A stretch of DNA of 64,000 nt from an uncultured Dehalococcoidia bacterium. Lineage in GTDB: Bacteria > Chloroflexota > Dehalococcoidia > Lucifugimonadales > UBA3495. The DNA lies in the NCBI GenBank assembly GCA_958296445.1, contig OY282565.1, positions 1,565,570-1,629,569 of the forward strand, written 5' to 3'. Below, piece by piece: positions 7,839 to 17,100 of the stretch (positions within the stretch are counted from its first letter, which is position 1; each line of letters opens with the position of its first letter). The notes beneath the pieces are model-generated. The model did not search any database. It saw nothing but the letters and a program-made list of their open reading frames with translations, and was not told the origin of the DNA. A program made the position numbers and the translations under genes.

Positions 7839-8723
7839 TCAGTTGAGCCGGTTCAGGGTGATGCGGATGGATTGGGCCCAATTCTTGACTTGGGGGGCGT
7901 CGGGGGCGTGGGGGGATTCCCGCAGGTAGGTTTCTAGGCTGCGGAGGGCGGCGCGGTATTGTTGTAGGTGATATTGGGTTTCGGCTAGGTCTTTGTGCAG
8001 GGGCGTTGCTTGGGGGTTTACCATAATCATACGCTGGATGACGGCTGCGGTTTTTTCCGGGGGGCCGGAACGCTCGTAGACGACTTTCAGGTTGTTAAGC
8101 AGGCGGAATAGAAATTCGTATTTGGTGCAGGGGGCTAGGTAGGCGTCGCTCCAGGTCATACGGTGGCCGAACAGTCCCTCGGCTAGGCGGCGGCAGTCGG
8201 CGGCGGTTAGGGCTGCGCCGCGGTTGAAAGGGTCGAAATATATTTCCGCGTTGTCCAGTCCAACCAGGAAATGGCCGGGCATAGCTACTCCGCGGCAATG
8301 GAGGCCGAGGCGCCGGGTTACTTCTAGGAAGAGGAGCGACAGGGTGATGGGTATGCCGGTGTGGGTGTCCAGCACGCGGTTGAAATAGCTGTTGTCGGGG
8401 TTGTAGTAGTCGGCGGCGTTTCCTTGAAAGCCTAATTCTTGGAAAAGGTAGCGGGCGGTTAGATGGGCCAGCTCTGCGGGCGGCAGTTCTTGGGGGGCTT
8501 GCTGGCGGACGGCTTGGGCTAATGCGTCTAGGCGGCGCAGGTGCTCGGCTATGTCCAGATTGGGGTATTCCTCTCCGGCTACCAGCAGGGCGGCGCGGCC
8601 TAAGTCTAGGTCTTCCTCGGGGCGGGCTATTAGGCGGGCGAACTCCTGGCGGAAGCCGTCGGCGTTGGGGGGGCCGCTTTCGGGATCGGTCATTGGGTTA
8701 TCCTCGTTTTGGTTGGCTGTCAT
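7839..8723 (-). CDS. SirB1/transglutaminase-like plus TPR family protein
   Basis: 'YYNPDNSYFNRVLDTHTGIPITLSLLFLEVTRRLGL...GVAMPGHFLVG' matches the SirB1 N-terminal pattern. Confidence 0.55.
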   Translation of the reverse strand: MTANQNEDNPMTDPESGPPNADGFRQEFARLIARPEEDLDLGRAALLVAGEEYPNLDIAEHLRRLDALAQAVRQQAPQELPPAELAHLTARYLFQELGFQGNAADYYNPDNSYFNRVLDTHTGIPITLSLLFLEVTRRLGLHCRGVAMPGHFLVGLDNAEIYFDPFNRGAALTAADCRRLAEGLFGHRMTWSDAYLAPCTKYEFLFRLLNNLKVVYERSGPPEKTAAVIQRMIMVNPQATPLHKDLAETQYHLQQYRAALRSLETYLRESPHAPDAPQVKNWAQSIRITLNRLN

Positions 8724-8795
8724 TCTGGGCGCAAGGGAAGGATCCTGGCTTGGGCGGTGAGACCCTTCGCTTTGCTCAGGGTGACAGGGTGTTGC

Positions 8796-10175
8796 TTAGG
8801 GTTGGATGGTCAAGCTGTCGAAGACTGGCTCTAGGTTGGGTAGGTTGTCTAGGGAGTATAGGGTTTCTAGGGCTTGGTTGCACTGGTTGTTGGTTAGGTG
8901 GGTGCCGGCGAAGTTGCGGAATTTGGATTCTACTTCGGGGTCGGTCATTGGGTTGCGGCGGTGGCCGCGGGGCCAGGCGGTGTGGGCGGTGTGGGCGGTG
9001 CCGTCGCGGGCGGTTAGGGTGATGCGGCAATTATATTCGCCGGGGTAGCGGGCGGTGAAGTCGGGTTCCTCGGCTAGGGTCATACGGGACATAATGTTTA
9101 GCAGGGCGGGGCTGGTGATGCGCTCGTAGGTGAAGCTGGCCGGGTTTACCGGGCCGTGCCGTAGGGCGGAGGCGACCAGCCAGGGGATGCTGTGGTCGGC
9201 GGTTTCGCGGGTTTTGGGGGCCCATTTTTCCGGCTCGCTGGATGCGGTGCTGGCGGCTACTTGGTAGGTGTCTATGTGGATGGAGCGGATGTCGTCGGCG
9301 GGGATTTTTTCCCGCAGTTGGAGGGCTAGGCCGATGGGGGCCTGGGTGTGAATCTGGGAGGGGTAGGCTTTGAAAATGGTGCGGGTGATGCGAAAGGGGT
9401 CGTCGTTGTTGCGGGCGCGGTTTAGGGGGAAGTCGGGGATTTGGACGGGGCGGCCTACGGCCTGTTCCCACAGGCCGCGGCGTCCCTCGAAGGGTTCGGC
9501 GGGGCCGGTCATTCCGCGGGCGGCCAGCAGGGCGGCGAAAACCGCGGAGCGGGAGGCGCTGGCGGCGGCGCAACCTTTCCACATTGAGAGTTCGCCGGTG
9601 CGGGTGACGCCGAGGGGGAGGTGGGGGGAAAGGGCCAGGGAGATGGCGTTGCCGGTCTGTTCTTGGTTCAGGCCCATCACCCGGGCCGCGCCGCAGGCTG
9701 CGCCGATGACGCTGAAAATTCCTTGATCCCAGCCCAAATCTCCGGCGACTACTTGGTCGGACAGACGGCAAAAGACTTCGTAGGCTAGGGCGATGGCGGT
9801 GATTACCGCGGGGCCGTCGCTTTGCAGGGGGGCGGCTAGGGCCAGGACGGCGGGGATCATATCGCTGGGGTGGCCGCCGCCGGGCGAGAAGTAGGAGTCG
9901 TTGCAGTCTAGGTAGCGGACGGCGACGCCGTTGGCGAAAGCGGCTAGGTCGGGCGTGGTGCTGTGGGGCGTTCCCAGCAGGGGCGAGGGCGTATTGCCGT
10001 GGACGCCATCGGCTAGGCTGCGGGCGATCTGCGCGGGTTCGGAATCGTAGCCGCCGATAGCGCAACCCATTGTGTCAACTAGGGTGCGCTTTACCTGCTC
10101 CACTACGGTTGGGCCGAGTTCGTCATAGGTTAGGGCGCAGGCGTAGGCGCTTAGCATTTCGGTTGTGCGATCCAT
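8796..10175 (-). CDS. MmgE/PrpD family protein (2-methylcitrate dehydratase-like)
   Basis: 459 aa. 'VKRTLVDTMGCAIGGYDSEP' and the overall length are typical of MmgE/PrpD. Confidence 0.7.
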   Translation of the reverse strand: MDRTTEMLSAYACALTYDELGPTVVEQVKRTLVDTMGCAIGGYDSEPAQIARSLADGVHGNTPSPLLGTPHSTTPDLAAFANGVAVRYLDCNDSYFSPGGGHPSDMIPAVLALAAPLQSDGPAVITAIALAYEVFCRLSDQVVAGDLGWDQGIFSVIGAACGAARVMGLNQEQTGNAISLALSPHLPLGVTRTGELSMWKGCAAASASRSAVFAALLAARGMTGPAEPFEGRRGLWEQAVGRPVQIPDFPLNRARNNDDPFRITRTIFKAYPSQIHTQAPIGLALQLREKIPADDIRSIHIDTYQVAASTASSEPEKWAPKTRETADHSIPWLVASALRHGPVNPASFTYERITSPALLNIMSRMTLAEEPDFTARYPGEYNCRITLTARDGTAHTAHTAWPRGHRRNPMTDPEVESKFRNFAGTHLTNNQCNQALETLYSLDNLPNLEPVFDSLTIQP

Positions 10176-10299
10176 TGGTTTTCTCTCTTGTTGGATTGTT
10201 AAACGCAGAGGACGCGGAGGATTCGCAGAGGGCGCAGAAGTTATCGGATAATCATAAATTCTTTGCGCTCTCTGCGTGCTTGGCGTTGAAAATTTGGGG

Positions 10300-11145
10300 T
10301 TAGCGCAGGACGGCTTCGGCCATGCGCTCCAGTTGCTTGCCCATTTCGTAGTCGTTGGCGACGTGGTCGGGGCGTACTACTACGCGGTCGGCGCCGGCGT
10401 TTAGGTAGGATTGGACGGTGGGGCCGTCGGCGGGCTGGCCGTAGACGCTGATGGTGATGGATTTGGGGTCGCGGCCTACTTCGGCGGCCATTGCGTCGAG
10501 GCGGCGGCGGCTGTCTTCGACTTCGGCGGGGGTGACGCGGTTGGGGAGCCAGCCGTCGGCGTGGGAGACGATGCGGCGTAGGACGTTGCGGGCCATTCCG
10601 CCGATGATGATGGGTGGGTGGGGCTGCTGGGCGGGCTTGGGGTAGGATTTTACGGGGGGGAAGTTGTAATAGTGGCCGTGGTATTCGGCTTCGTCTTTAG
10701 TCCAGAGTTCTTTCATTACTTCGAGGGCTTCGCGGGTTTGGGTCCAGCGATGGTCGAAATCGCCGCCGAAGATTTCGGTTTCCTCGCGGAGCCAGCCGGT
10801 GCCGATGCCGAAGAGGAAGCGGCCGCCGCTGAAGCGGTCGAGGGTGGCGATTTCTTTCGCCAGGAGGAGGGGGTTGCGCTCGGGAACGAGGGTGATGCCG
10901 GTGCCGAGCTTGATGCGGGATGTGGCGCCGGAGGCGCGGGCGAGGGCGATGTAGGGGTCGGTGAAGTGGGAGTAAGTCCAGGGGATTTCGCCGCCGGTGG
11001 CGGGGAAGGGGCTGTTGCTTTGCACGGGGACGGCGGGATGTTCGGCGTACCAGATGGACTCGAAGCCGAGTTCTTCGGCTTTTTGGGCCATAAAGGCGGG
11101 GTCGATGGTGTAGGCGGGCAGTGGGGTGGAGACTCCGACGGTCAT
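10300..11145 (-). CDS. LLM-class (luciferase-like) F420/flavin-dependent oxidoreductase
   Basis: 'ELGFESIWYAEH...LATLDRFSGGRFLFGIGTGW' matches the luciferase-like monooxygenase pattern. Confidence 0.7.
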   Translation of the reverse strand: MTVGVSTPLPAYTIDPAFMAQKAEELGFESIWYAEHPAVPVQSNSPFPATGGEIPWTYSHFTDPYIALARASGATSRIKLGTGITLVPERNPLLLAKEIATLDRFSGGRFLFGIGTGWLREETEIFGGDFDHRWTQTREALEVMKELWTKDEAEYHGHYYNFPPVKSYPKPAQQPHPPIIIGGMARNVLRRIVSHADGWLPNRVTPAEVEDSRRRLDAMAAEVGRDPKSITISVYGQPADGPTVQSYLNAGADRVVVRPDHVANDYEMGKQLERMAEAVLR

Positions 11146-11151
11146 TTTGGT

Positions 11152-11610
11152 TTACCTCCTGGCGGCGTATGCCATTACGTTTTGGGGTACGGGGAGCAGG
11201 TAGGGCAGCAGCAGCGCGGCGGCCCCGGTGAGTTGGACGGAAACGGGATGCCCCTGGCCGTCGCAGGTTACGGTTAGGTTGTCGGCGATGGGGTGGGACG
11301 CGGCCGGGGTTTTGGCGTTGAACAGGCGCAGGATGTCGCGCTCCCGGTCATAGGATACTTGAGGCATCCACTGCGTAGGGGGCCAGGCGTTGCCGAATTC
11401 GTCGGGCAACAGGTGGGGCAACAGCGTTTCCGCGCCGTCCAGCAGTTCGATGGCGGACGGCCCGATATCTATGCGGCGGCCGGTATCGTCCCGCTTGAGG
11501 CAGAAGACTGCTAGGTTGTCGGCGATGGTGCGGGCGCCGTTGGCCCCTCGGCCATCGGAGAGATACAGGGTGTTGGAGAGGTAGGATACTCTCAATTGCG
11601 GTTTTTTCAT
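11152..11610 (-). CDS. Hypothetical protein with two DUF2283-like repeats
   Basis: Two internal repeats end in '...IELLDGAETLLPHLLP' and '...VQLTGAAALLLPYLLP', a DUF2283-like signature. Start was moved to ATG 11610 (MKKPQLRVSY). Confidence 0.45.
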   Translation of the reverse strand: MKKPQLRVSYLSNTLYLSDGRGANGARTIADNLAVFCLKRDDTGRRIDIGPSAIELLDGAETLLPHLLPDEFGNAWPPTQWMPQVSYDRERDILRLFNAKTPAASHPIADNLTVTCDGQGHPVSVQLTGAAALLLPYLLPVPQNVMAYAARR

Positions 11611-11706
11611 ATCGCTCTTATTTTCCGAGGAAATTGCGAAATTTCCGGCTGGCACCCTGAGAGAAGGGAAGGGTCTCACTGGCTAGGGCGGGATTCTTCG
11701 CTTTGC

Positions 11707-13224
11707 TCAGAATGACAGATAATCAGCTAAAATTCCCCGGACTTGCAATTGCTGCCGGAGGTAGTCCATGCTGCGGTTGCCTTTGATGGCGTTGCAGGTG
11801 TGGCACATTAGTTGCAGGTTGCTTATGACGTGCTGGCCGCCTCTGGATAGGGGGGTGATGTGGTCTATGGTTAGGACGTGCAGGGGGAGTTCGTGTTCGC
11901 AGCCGACGCAGCGTTTTTTTTGGGTGGCGTACATGAGTTCTTTTTCGGATCGGGGGTTGGCGGGAAAGTCCGGTTTTAGGTCGGTGCGCTGGCTTGGGGC
12001 GGTTAGAATCAGCGGGCTCCAGTCTTCCCAAGATTTGCTGTCGTCTTCGGCCATAGGTATTTGCAGTTCCCGTTTGGCGCGGTCTTTCAGGACTTCGGCG
12101 GCTTGGGGGGCGATGTCTATGCCGATCCATTGCCTTGCCAGCTTTTCGGCGGCGATGCAGGCGGTGGCGCAGCCGCAGAAGGGGTCTAGAATCAGGTCGC
12201 CCGGGTTGGATGACGCTTTGATGATACGCTCCAGCAGAGCCAGCGGTTTTTGGGTGCGCCATCCGGTATATTCGCCGCCTTTGGTGGAATAGTTGGTGAA
12301 TCCCAAGGGTTCGACGAACAGGTTTTGGGGCGGATTTCCGGCGTCGGCGTCGGCATACCGCTTTAGGCCCGGCCATACTCCTTTTGTGGGGTGATGTATT
12401 AGTCCGGCTTGGTCTAGAGCGTCCAGACGTTGATGTATGCCTTTAATTTCCCGATAGCCGGGGATGAAATTTTGCTCTATGTACTCGGCATACTGGCCGG
12501 TTTTTGGGGCTGACCAGTGCCTTCCTCTTGCGGTTACGTTGTATTTTTTCCAGGGATGACCGGATTCTCCGTTGGAAGTTCCTGCCCCGGTTAAGTCGGC
12601 GCTCCGGTATCGTCCGCGTTCATCTTTGGAGGGATATGCTGTCAGGAGTTCGTCGTCACTCTTTGGGGTAGTGACAAGATTCCAGCAGGGATTGGGGCCT
12701 TTGGAGTACAAAAACAGGTGGTCTAGGATGCGCCCGTAGCGGTTGGGGTCGTTGTGGGAAGTGGCCCGTTTCCAGACGATATTGTTGATGTAGTTTCCTG
12801 AGCCAAAGAGGGCGTCCATTACTCCTTTGAGGTAGTGGCTGGCCGTATCGTCGCAGTGCAGGTAGATGCTTCCGGTGGTTTTCAGTACGCGGTGCATTTC
12901 CAGCAGGCGGATAGCCATAAAGGTGAGGTAGCCGGCCATGCTTTCGCTGTGGGAGAGTTTGGCGCCGTTGATTAGGTGGAACAGGGCGGGGCGGCGGTAT
13001 TCGATTTCGTCGATCCATTCCTCTTTCATATCGTCGAGAGTCCAGACGTCGTCGAACTCCGCGCCTTTGGCTTCGCTGTCCAGCGGGGCGGCGTAGGATT
13101 GGTCGGACTTGAAGGGCGGGTCGAGATAGATCAGGTCAATGCACTCCGAGTTTATGCCTCGGAGGATGTCTAGGTTGTCCCCGGTGAATATGGTGCGGGA
13201 TGGCACGTTGCAGGCGGTTGGCAT
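11707..13224 (-). CDS. Beta-class N4/N6 DNA methyltransferase fused to a C-terminal HNH nuclease domain
   Basis: Motif IV 'DLIYLDPPF' is N-terminal and motif I 'LDPFCGCATACIAAEKLARQWIGIDI' follows it. C-terminal HNH: 'CVGCEH...DHITPLSRGGQHVISNLQLMCHTCNAIKGN'. Confidence 0.8.
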   Translation of the reverse strand: MPTACNVPSRTIFTGDNLDILRGINSECIDLIYLDPPFKSDQSYAAPLDSEAKGAEFDDVWTLDDMKEEWIDEIEYRRPALFHLINGAKLSHSESMAGYLTFMAIRLLEMHRVLKTTGSIYLHCDDTASHYLKGVMDALFGSGNYINNIVWKRATSHNDPNRYGRILDHLFLYSKGPNPCWNLVTTPKSDDELLTAYPSKDERGRYRSADLTGAGTSNGESGHPWKKYNVTARGRHWSAPKTGQYAEYIEQNFIPGYREIKGIHQRLDALDQAGLIHHPTKGVWPGLKRYADADAGNPPQNLFVEPLGFTNYSTKGGEYTGWRTQKPLALLERIIKASSNPGDLILDPFCGCATACIAAEKLARQWIGIDIAPQAAEVLKDRAKRELQIPMAEDDSKSWEDWSPLILTAPSQRTDLKPDFPANPRSEKELMYATQKKRCVGCEHELPLHVLTIDHITPLSRGGQHVISNLQLMCHTCNAIKGNRSMDYLRQQLQVRGILADYLSF

Positions 13225-13289
13225 CGGTTGGCTATTCCTGATGGGTGGTTGGGTTAGTTTGCTCAGGGTGGCGGGCGGGGGTGTTTGGG

Positions 13290-13829
13290 TTAGGCGGCTT
13301 TTTCTTTTTCCCGGTTTAGCGCGATGTCTAGGAATGGTTTTAGGAGCAGTTGGGCGTTTTCTAGGTCTAGGGCTACTAGGCTGCCGTTTTCGTTGTAGTG
13401 GGCGGTCATTCCTTGGGCGGCGGGCTGGCTGGTGTGAATGATTACCGGGTCGTTGGTCTGGATTCTCAGTTTTTGGGTTTCGGGAGTGTAGAATACAAAG
13501 ACGTCTTCCACGGGATCGCCCGAGTTGGGGCCGGAGTTCAGGAAAATGGAGCTTTTTTTGGTGATGGTGCCGGGTTGGGTTTCGTCGGGATGGCGGGCGG
13601 CTTCGATGAGGGGTTCTAGGGCGTTTTCTGCGCCATCCAAGTCTAGGGCCACTAGGCGGTTGCCTTTGTCGTAGTGGGCTACCATATAGTTGGCGGTGGA
13701 TTCGCTTTCGTGGATTCGCACCAGACTGCCGGCTTGAATGGATAGGTATTTGACTTGGGGAGTGTAGAACACTACAACTTCCGGCAACGGTTCCGTTGGA
13801 TCCCTAGGGCTTACTATGTATTTCTCCAC
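13290..13829 (-). CDS. Hypothetical protein with two DUF2283-like repeats (putative antitoxin-type partner)
   Basis: Internal duplication: 'VVFYTPQVKYLSIQ...NRLVALDLDGAENALEPLIE' and 'VFVFYTPETQKLRIQ...GSLVALDLENAQLLLKPFLD'. Overlaps the upstream gene by 16 nt. Confidence 0.5.
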   Translation of the reverse strand: MEKYIVSPRDPTEPLPEVVVFYTPQVKYLSIQAGSLVRIHESESTANYMVAHYDKGNRLVALDLDGAENALEPLIEAARHPDETQPGTITKKSSIFLNSGPNSGDPVEDVFVFYTPETQKLRIQTNDPVIIHTSQPAAQGMTAHYNENGSLVALDLENAQLLLKPFLDIALNREKEKAA

Positions 13830-14140
13830 GGTCTTCCTCCATATCTGTCTGAGAGTTTTCTATTTGCGTAACAAGTGAGCAGTGCGCCAGTGATTTCATC
13901 TCCTAAGAACACCACTGCAATCCACTGATTGAATGGTAACACGCGCCCAACAAGAATTGTCCTAACTTCCCCGTCCGGCATAATTGTCTGCCGTCGGTCA
14001 TACGGGTCATATATGACCTGCATAACCCATTCGGGCCGAATGTCAGGATGCCGTTGATTAGTGGTTTCTCCGTGGATCGGGACTTTGGGCAGTGCCTCGT
14101 ATTCCCGGCGCAGTTGCAGGATTTCGTTCAGTTCTTCCAT
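13814..14140 (-). CDS. DUF4258-like small protein (toxin-type fold, tentative)
   Basis: 108 aa from ATG 14140 (MEELNEIL). Lower GC. Starts 5 nt after the STAND gene stop. The tail '...WIAVVFLGDEITGALLTCYANRK' resembles the DUF4258 C-terminus. Confidence 0.4.
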   Translation of the reverse strand: MEELNEILQLRREYEALPKVPIHGETTNQRHPDIRPEWVMQVIYDPYDRRQTIMPDGEVRTILVGRVLPFNQWIAVVFLGDEITGALLTCYANRKLSDRYGGRPWRNT

Positions 14141-14145
14141 ACCCG

Positions 14146-17100
14146 TTACAGAATCACGGACTCCTCGGTGTCTAGGTCGTTGGGGGGTTGTTGGCCGGTG
14201 AAGTTTTGCCACCAGTTGGCGAAGGGTTGGGGGCCGTATTTGGTGCGGAGGCGGGCTAGGTGGATGCGGGCCTGGGCGATTACGGGGAGGTTGTGGGTTG
14301 CGGCGAGTTGGTAGGTGCGGGCGGCCCAGGAGAGGGCGGCGTCTAGGTCGTCGCGGTCTTCGGCGGCCATTCCTAGCTGGCCGTAGGTGCGGGCGGTGCG
14401 GGGGGTGTCTTGGATTTCCTCGAAAATTTCGCGGGCGCGGTGATACCAATGTTCGGCGTCGTCCAGCTTTTTTTGCTCGTGGAACAGGACGCCGAGTTGG
14501 CGGCATTCGTCGCCTGCGCTGCGCCAGTCGCCCAGCTTTTCGTATTTTTCTAGGGCCAGGGTGTACCAGTGTTCGGCGTCTTCGGGGAACATTTGGCGGC
14601 CCTGCTCCAGCAGGCCGAGGTAGTGAAATTCTAGGGCCATCTGGGTTTCGTTGCCCATACGGTCGCTGAGGGTTAGGGATTGCTTGTACCAGTTTTCGGC
14701 GTCGTCGAACTGATATTGGGCGTGGGCTACGGTGCCTAGGGCGTGGTAGATCAATACTGAGGTTTCTTCGTCGCGGGCTTCCTCCAGGATTTCGCGGGCG
14801 CGGTGATACCAGCTTTCCGCTTCCTGATACTCGAAACGGAATTGGGCGCAGAGGCCGAGGGAGCGGTAGTCTTTGACCATTTCCTCGACGTCTTCCAGCC
14901 TTTGGTGGATGTCCAGGGATTTGGAGAACCAGTCGCGGGCTTCGGTGTAGCGGCGCTGGTACTGGCGCAGCAGTCCCATACTATAGTAGTCGTCGGCGAC
15001 CGGGGCGCGGTCTTCGCCGTTTTCGATGATTGCTAGGGAGCGGGTGAACCATTCCTCGGCTTGGTCGAGCTGCCAGCGTTTCAGGGCGACTTCGCCGGTC
15101 TGGTGGTAGACGGCGGCGGCGCGGGGGTCGGCGTCGGCGTCGGCGTTGGGCTGGGCGGCGAAGTAGTCGAGGAGTTGGCGGTTCATAGCGTCGGCGCGTT
15201 CCAGTTCGCCGGTTTCGATGCACTCTAGGGCTTCGGTTCCGAGGAGGTAGAGCCATAACTCGATGGCGCCGTTGGCCTGGGCGGCGGCGGCGGTGGTTCC
15301 GGCGGACTCCAGCAGTTGGCGGCGCAGGCGGCGCAGTTCGGGGTAGCGTTTTTGCATCCGGTATACTTGGGCCAGGGGCTGGGTCAGGAGTTGGGCGTTG
15401 TCCCACTGGCGGGTTTCTAGGGACAGGGCTAGGGCCTGGGTGAGGTTGCCTTCCTCGGCTAGGATGGCGGTGGTGCCGGAGTCTTGGTTTTCGTAAAGGG
15501 TTTCCATAAAGTAGTCGGCGGTGTCGGCGTAGACGCGGACGAATTCGGCTTCGAGTTGGGCGACGCGGGCCGGGGGGAGTTGGCGGTAGAGGGCGCGGCC
15601 ATAGAACCAGGACATTGCGGGGTGAATCTGGTAGACGCTGGGGGTGATGGGTTCGAGGAAGCCGTCGTCGCGGGCGGAGCGCAGGAGGGTGCGGCAGGCG
15701 CCCCAGCCCATTTGCTCGCCCATCACCGAGCGGTAGACGTTTTCTTGGGTGATGTGGGTAAGGATGTCCATCATCACGCGGCTGCGGAACAGGGAGAGGA
15801 AGGGCAGATGGGTGCGGCTGCGGCGGGGCATCCGGGAAAAGGCGTGGTCAAGCAGGGCGGTCAGGTAGACGGGGCGGCCATCCTCGCCGGGGGCGGGCTG
15901 GTGGTTTTCGATGGCCCGGCGCAGTTCGGCGAGCAGCACCGAGGCCGGAATTTCTTTGAGTAGCGGAATCGCTACTTCCATTGCTAGGGGGTGGCCTTCC
16001 AGCAAGTCCAGCAGCTCTAGAAATTCGGGGCCTAGGCGGGCGGCGTCAATGTTGCTTTCCTCGATAAGGCGGGTGGCGAATTCTAGGCGGTCTTGGCTGG
16101 CGAGGCCGGGCAGGGTATAGCTGCCGTGGGGGGTGGACAGCCAGGGTTCGGGGTTGCGGCGGCTTACCAGCAGGACGCCGCCCTTGCCCCTTTGGCTCTC
16201 TGTTTCGCTCTCCGGGGGGGAACCGGCGGTTGGGGCGGATAGTTCGGCTAGGAATTGGTCTAGTTCGGCCAGCTCGCTGTCGTCGAGCAGCCCGGTTCCG
16301 GGGGTGGGGAAGCCTGCTAGGTTTTCTACGCCATCCCATACCAGCAGGGTTTGGTGTTCCCGCAGGTAGTCCAGCAGCCAGCGGCGGCGGGCGGGGGCAG
16401 GCAGGTCGCCGAATTCTAGGCCGGCGAGGGCGGCGCCGGTTTCGTGAAGTGCTTTGTCCAGCCCGGCGCCTACGTCGAAGGTGGTGTGAAAGACGCCGCT
16501 GGGCCGGTTGCCGCTTTTTTCCAGCCAGGCGGCCAAGCCTAGGGCGGTTTCCGATTTGCCGACGCCTACCGGGCCGGTTAGCAGCACTACGGGGTTGGCG
16601 TCGAGGGCCTGCTCCAGATCCAGGATTTCGCGGCGGCGGCCAATCAGCCCGTAGGGGCCGCCCCGGGGGAGCTGGCGGGGCGGGGCTTCGGGGGTGGCGG
16701 GCAACATTCCGGGGATGACGCGCTCGGGCTCCTCGGCTTTGACGGCGGCGGGGGTGTAGCGGGCGGATTGGTAGACTAGGGGGGTTATCCAGTCCCAAGA
16801 CGGCATTGGCCCGGCGGCGGAGGGGCGGCGGGGATGCTCCATCAGGGCGCGGCGGGCGGCGGATACGGCGGCGGCGGCGCCGGCCCCGCGGGCTATGGCG
16901 GCGTAGAAGGCGTCGGCGAACAGCTTGCGCCCCGAACCGCCTAGGGGGATGGGGAGGAGGGTCACTTCGGGGGGGCCGGACGTAGCCAGCTCTTGGCCGG
17001 CTACGTATGAGTAGTCAATGGCGGAGCAGGTTAGCAGCACGGCGGGGATTCCGGCGGCCGCGACGGCTTGGGACAGGCGGTCAATGGGGACGTGGGGGCC

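Noticed and set aside
13814-14506. 230-aa ORF from the track that overlaps the 3' end of the STAND gene.
   Set aside because: The first ~120 residues are Pro/Arg-rich and overlap the TPR-coding region in another frame. Only the C-terminal 108 aa from ATG 14140 look like a real protein.
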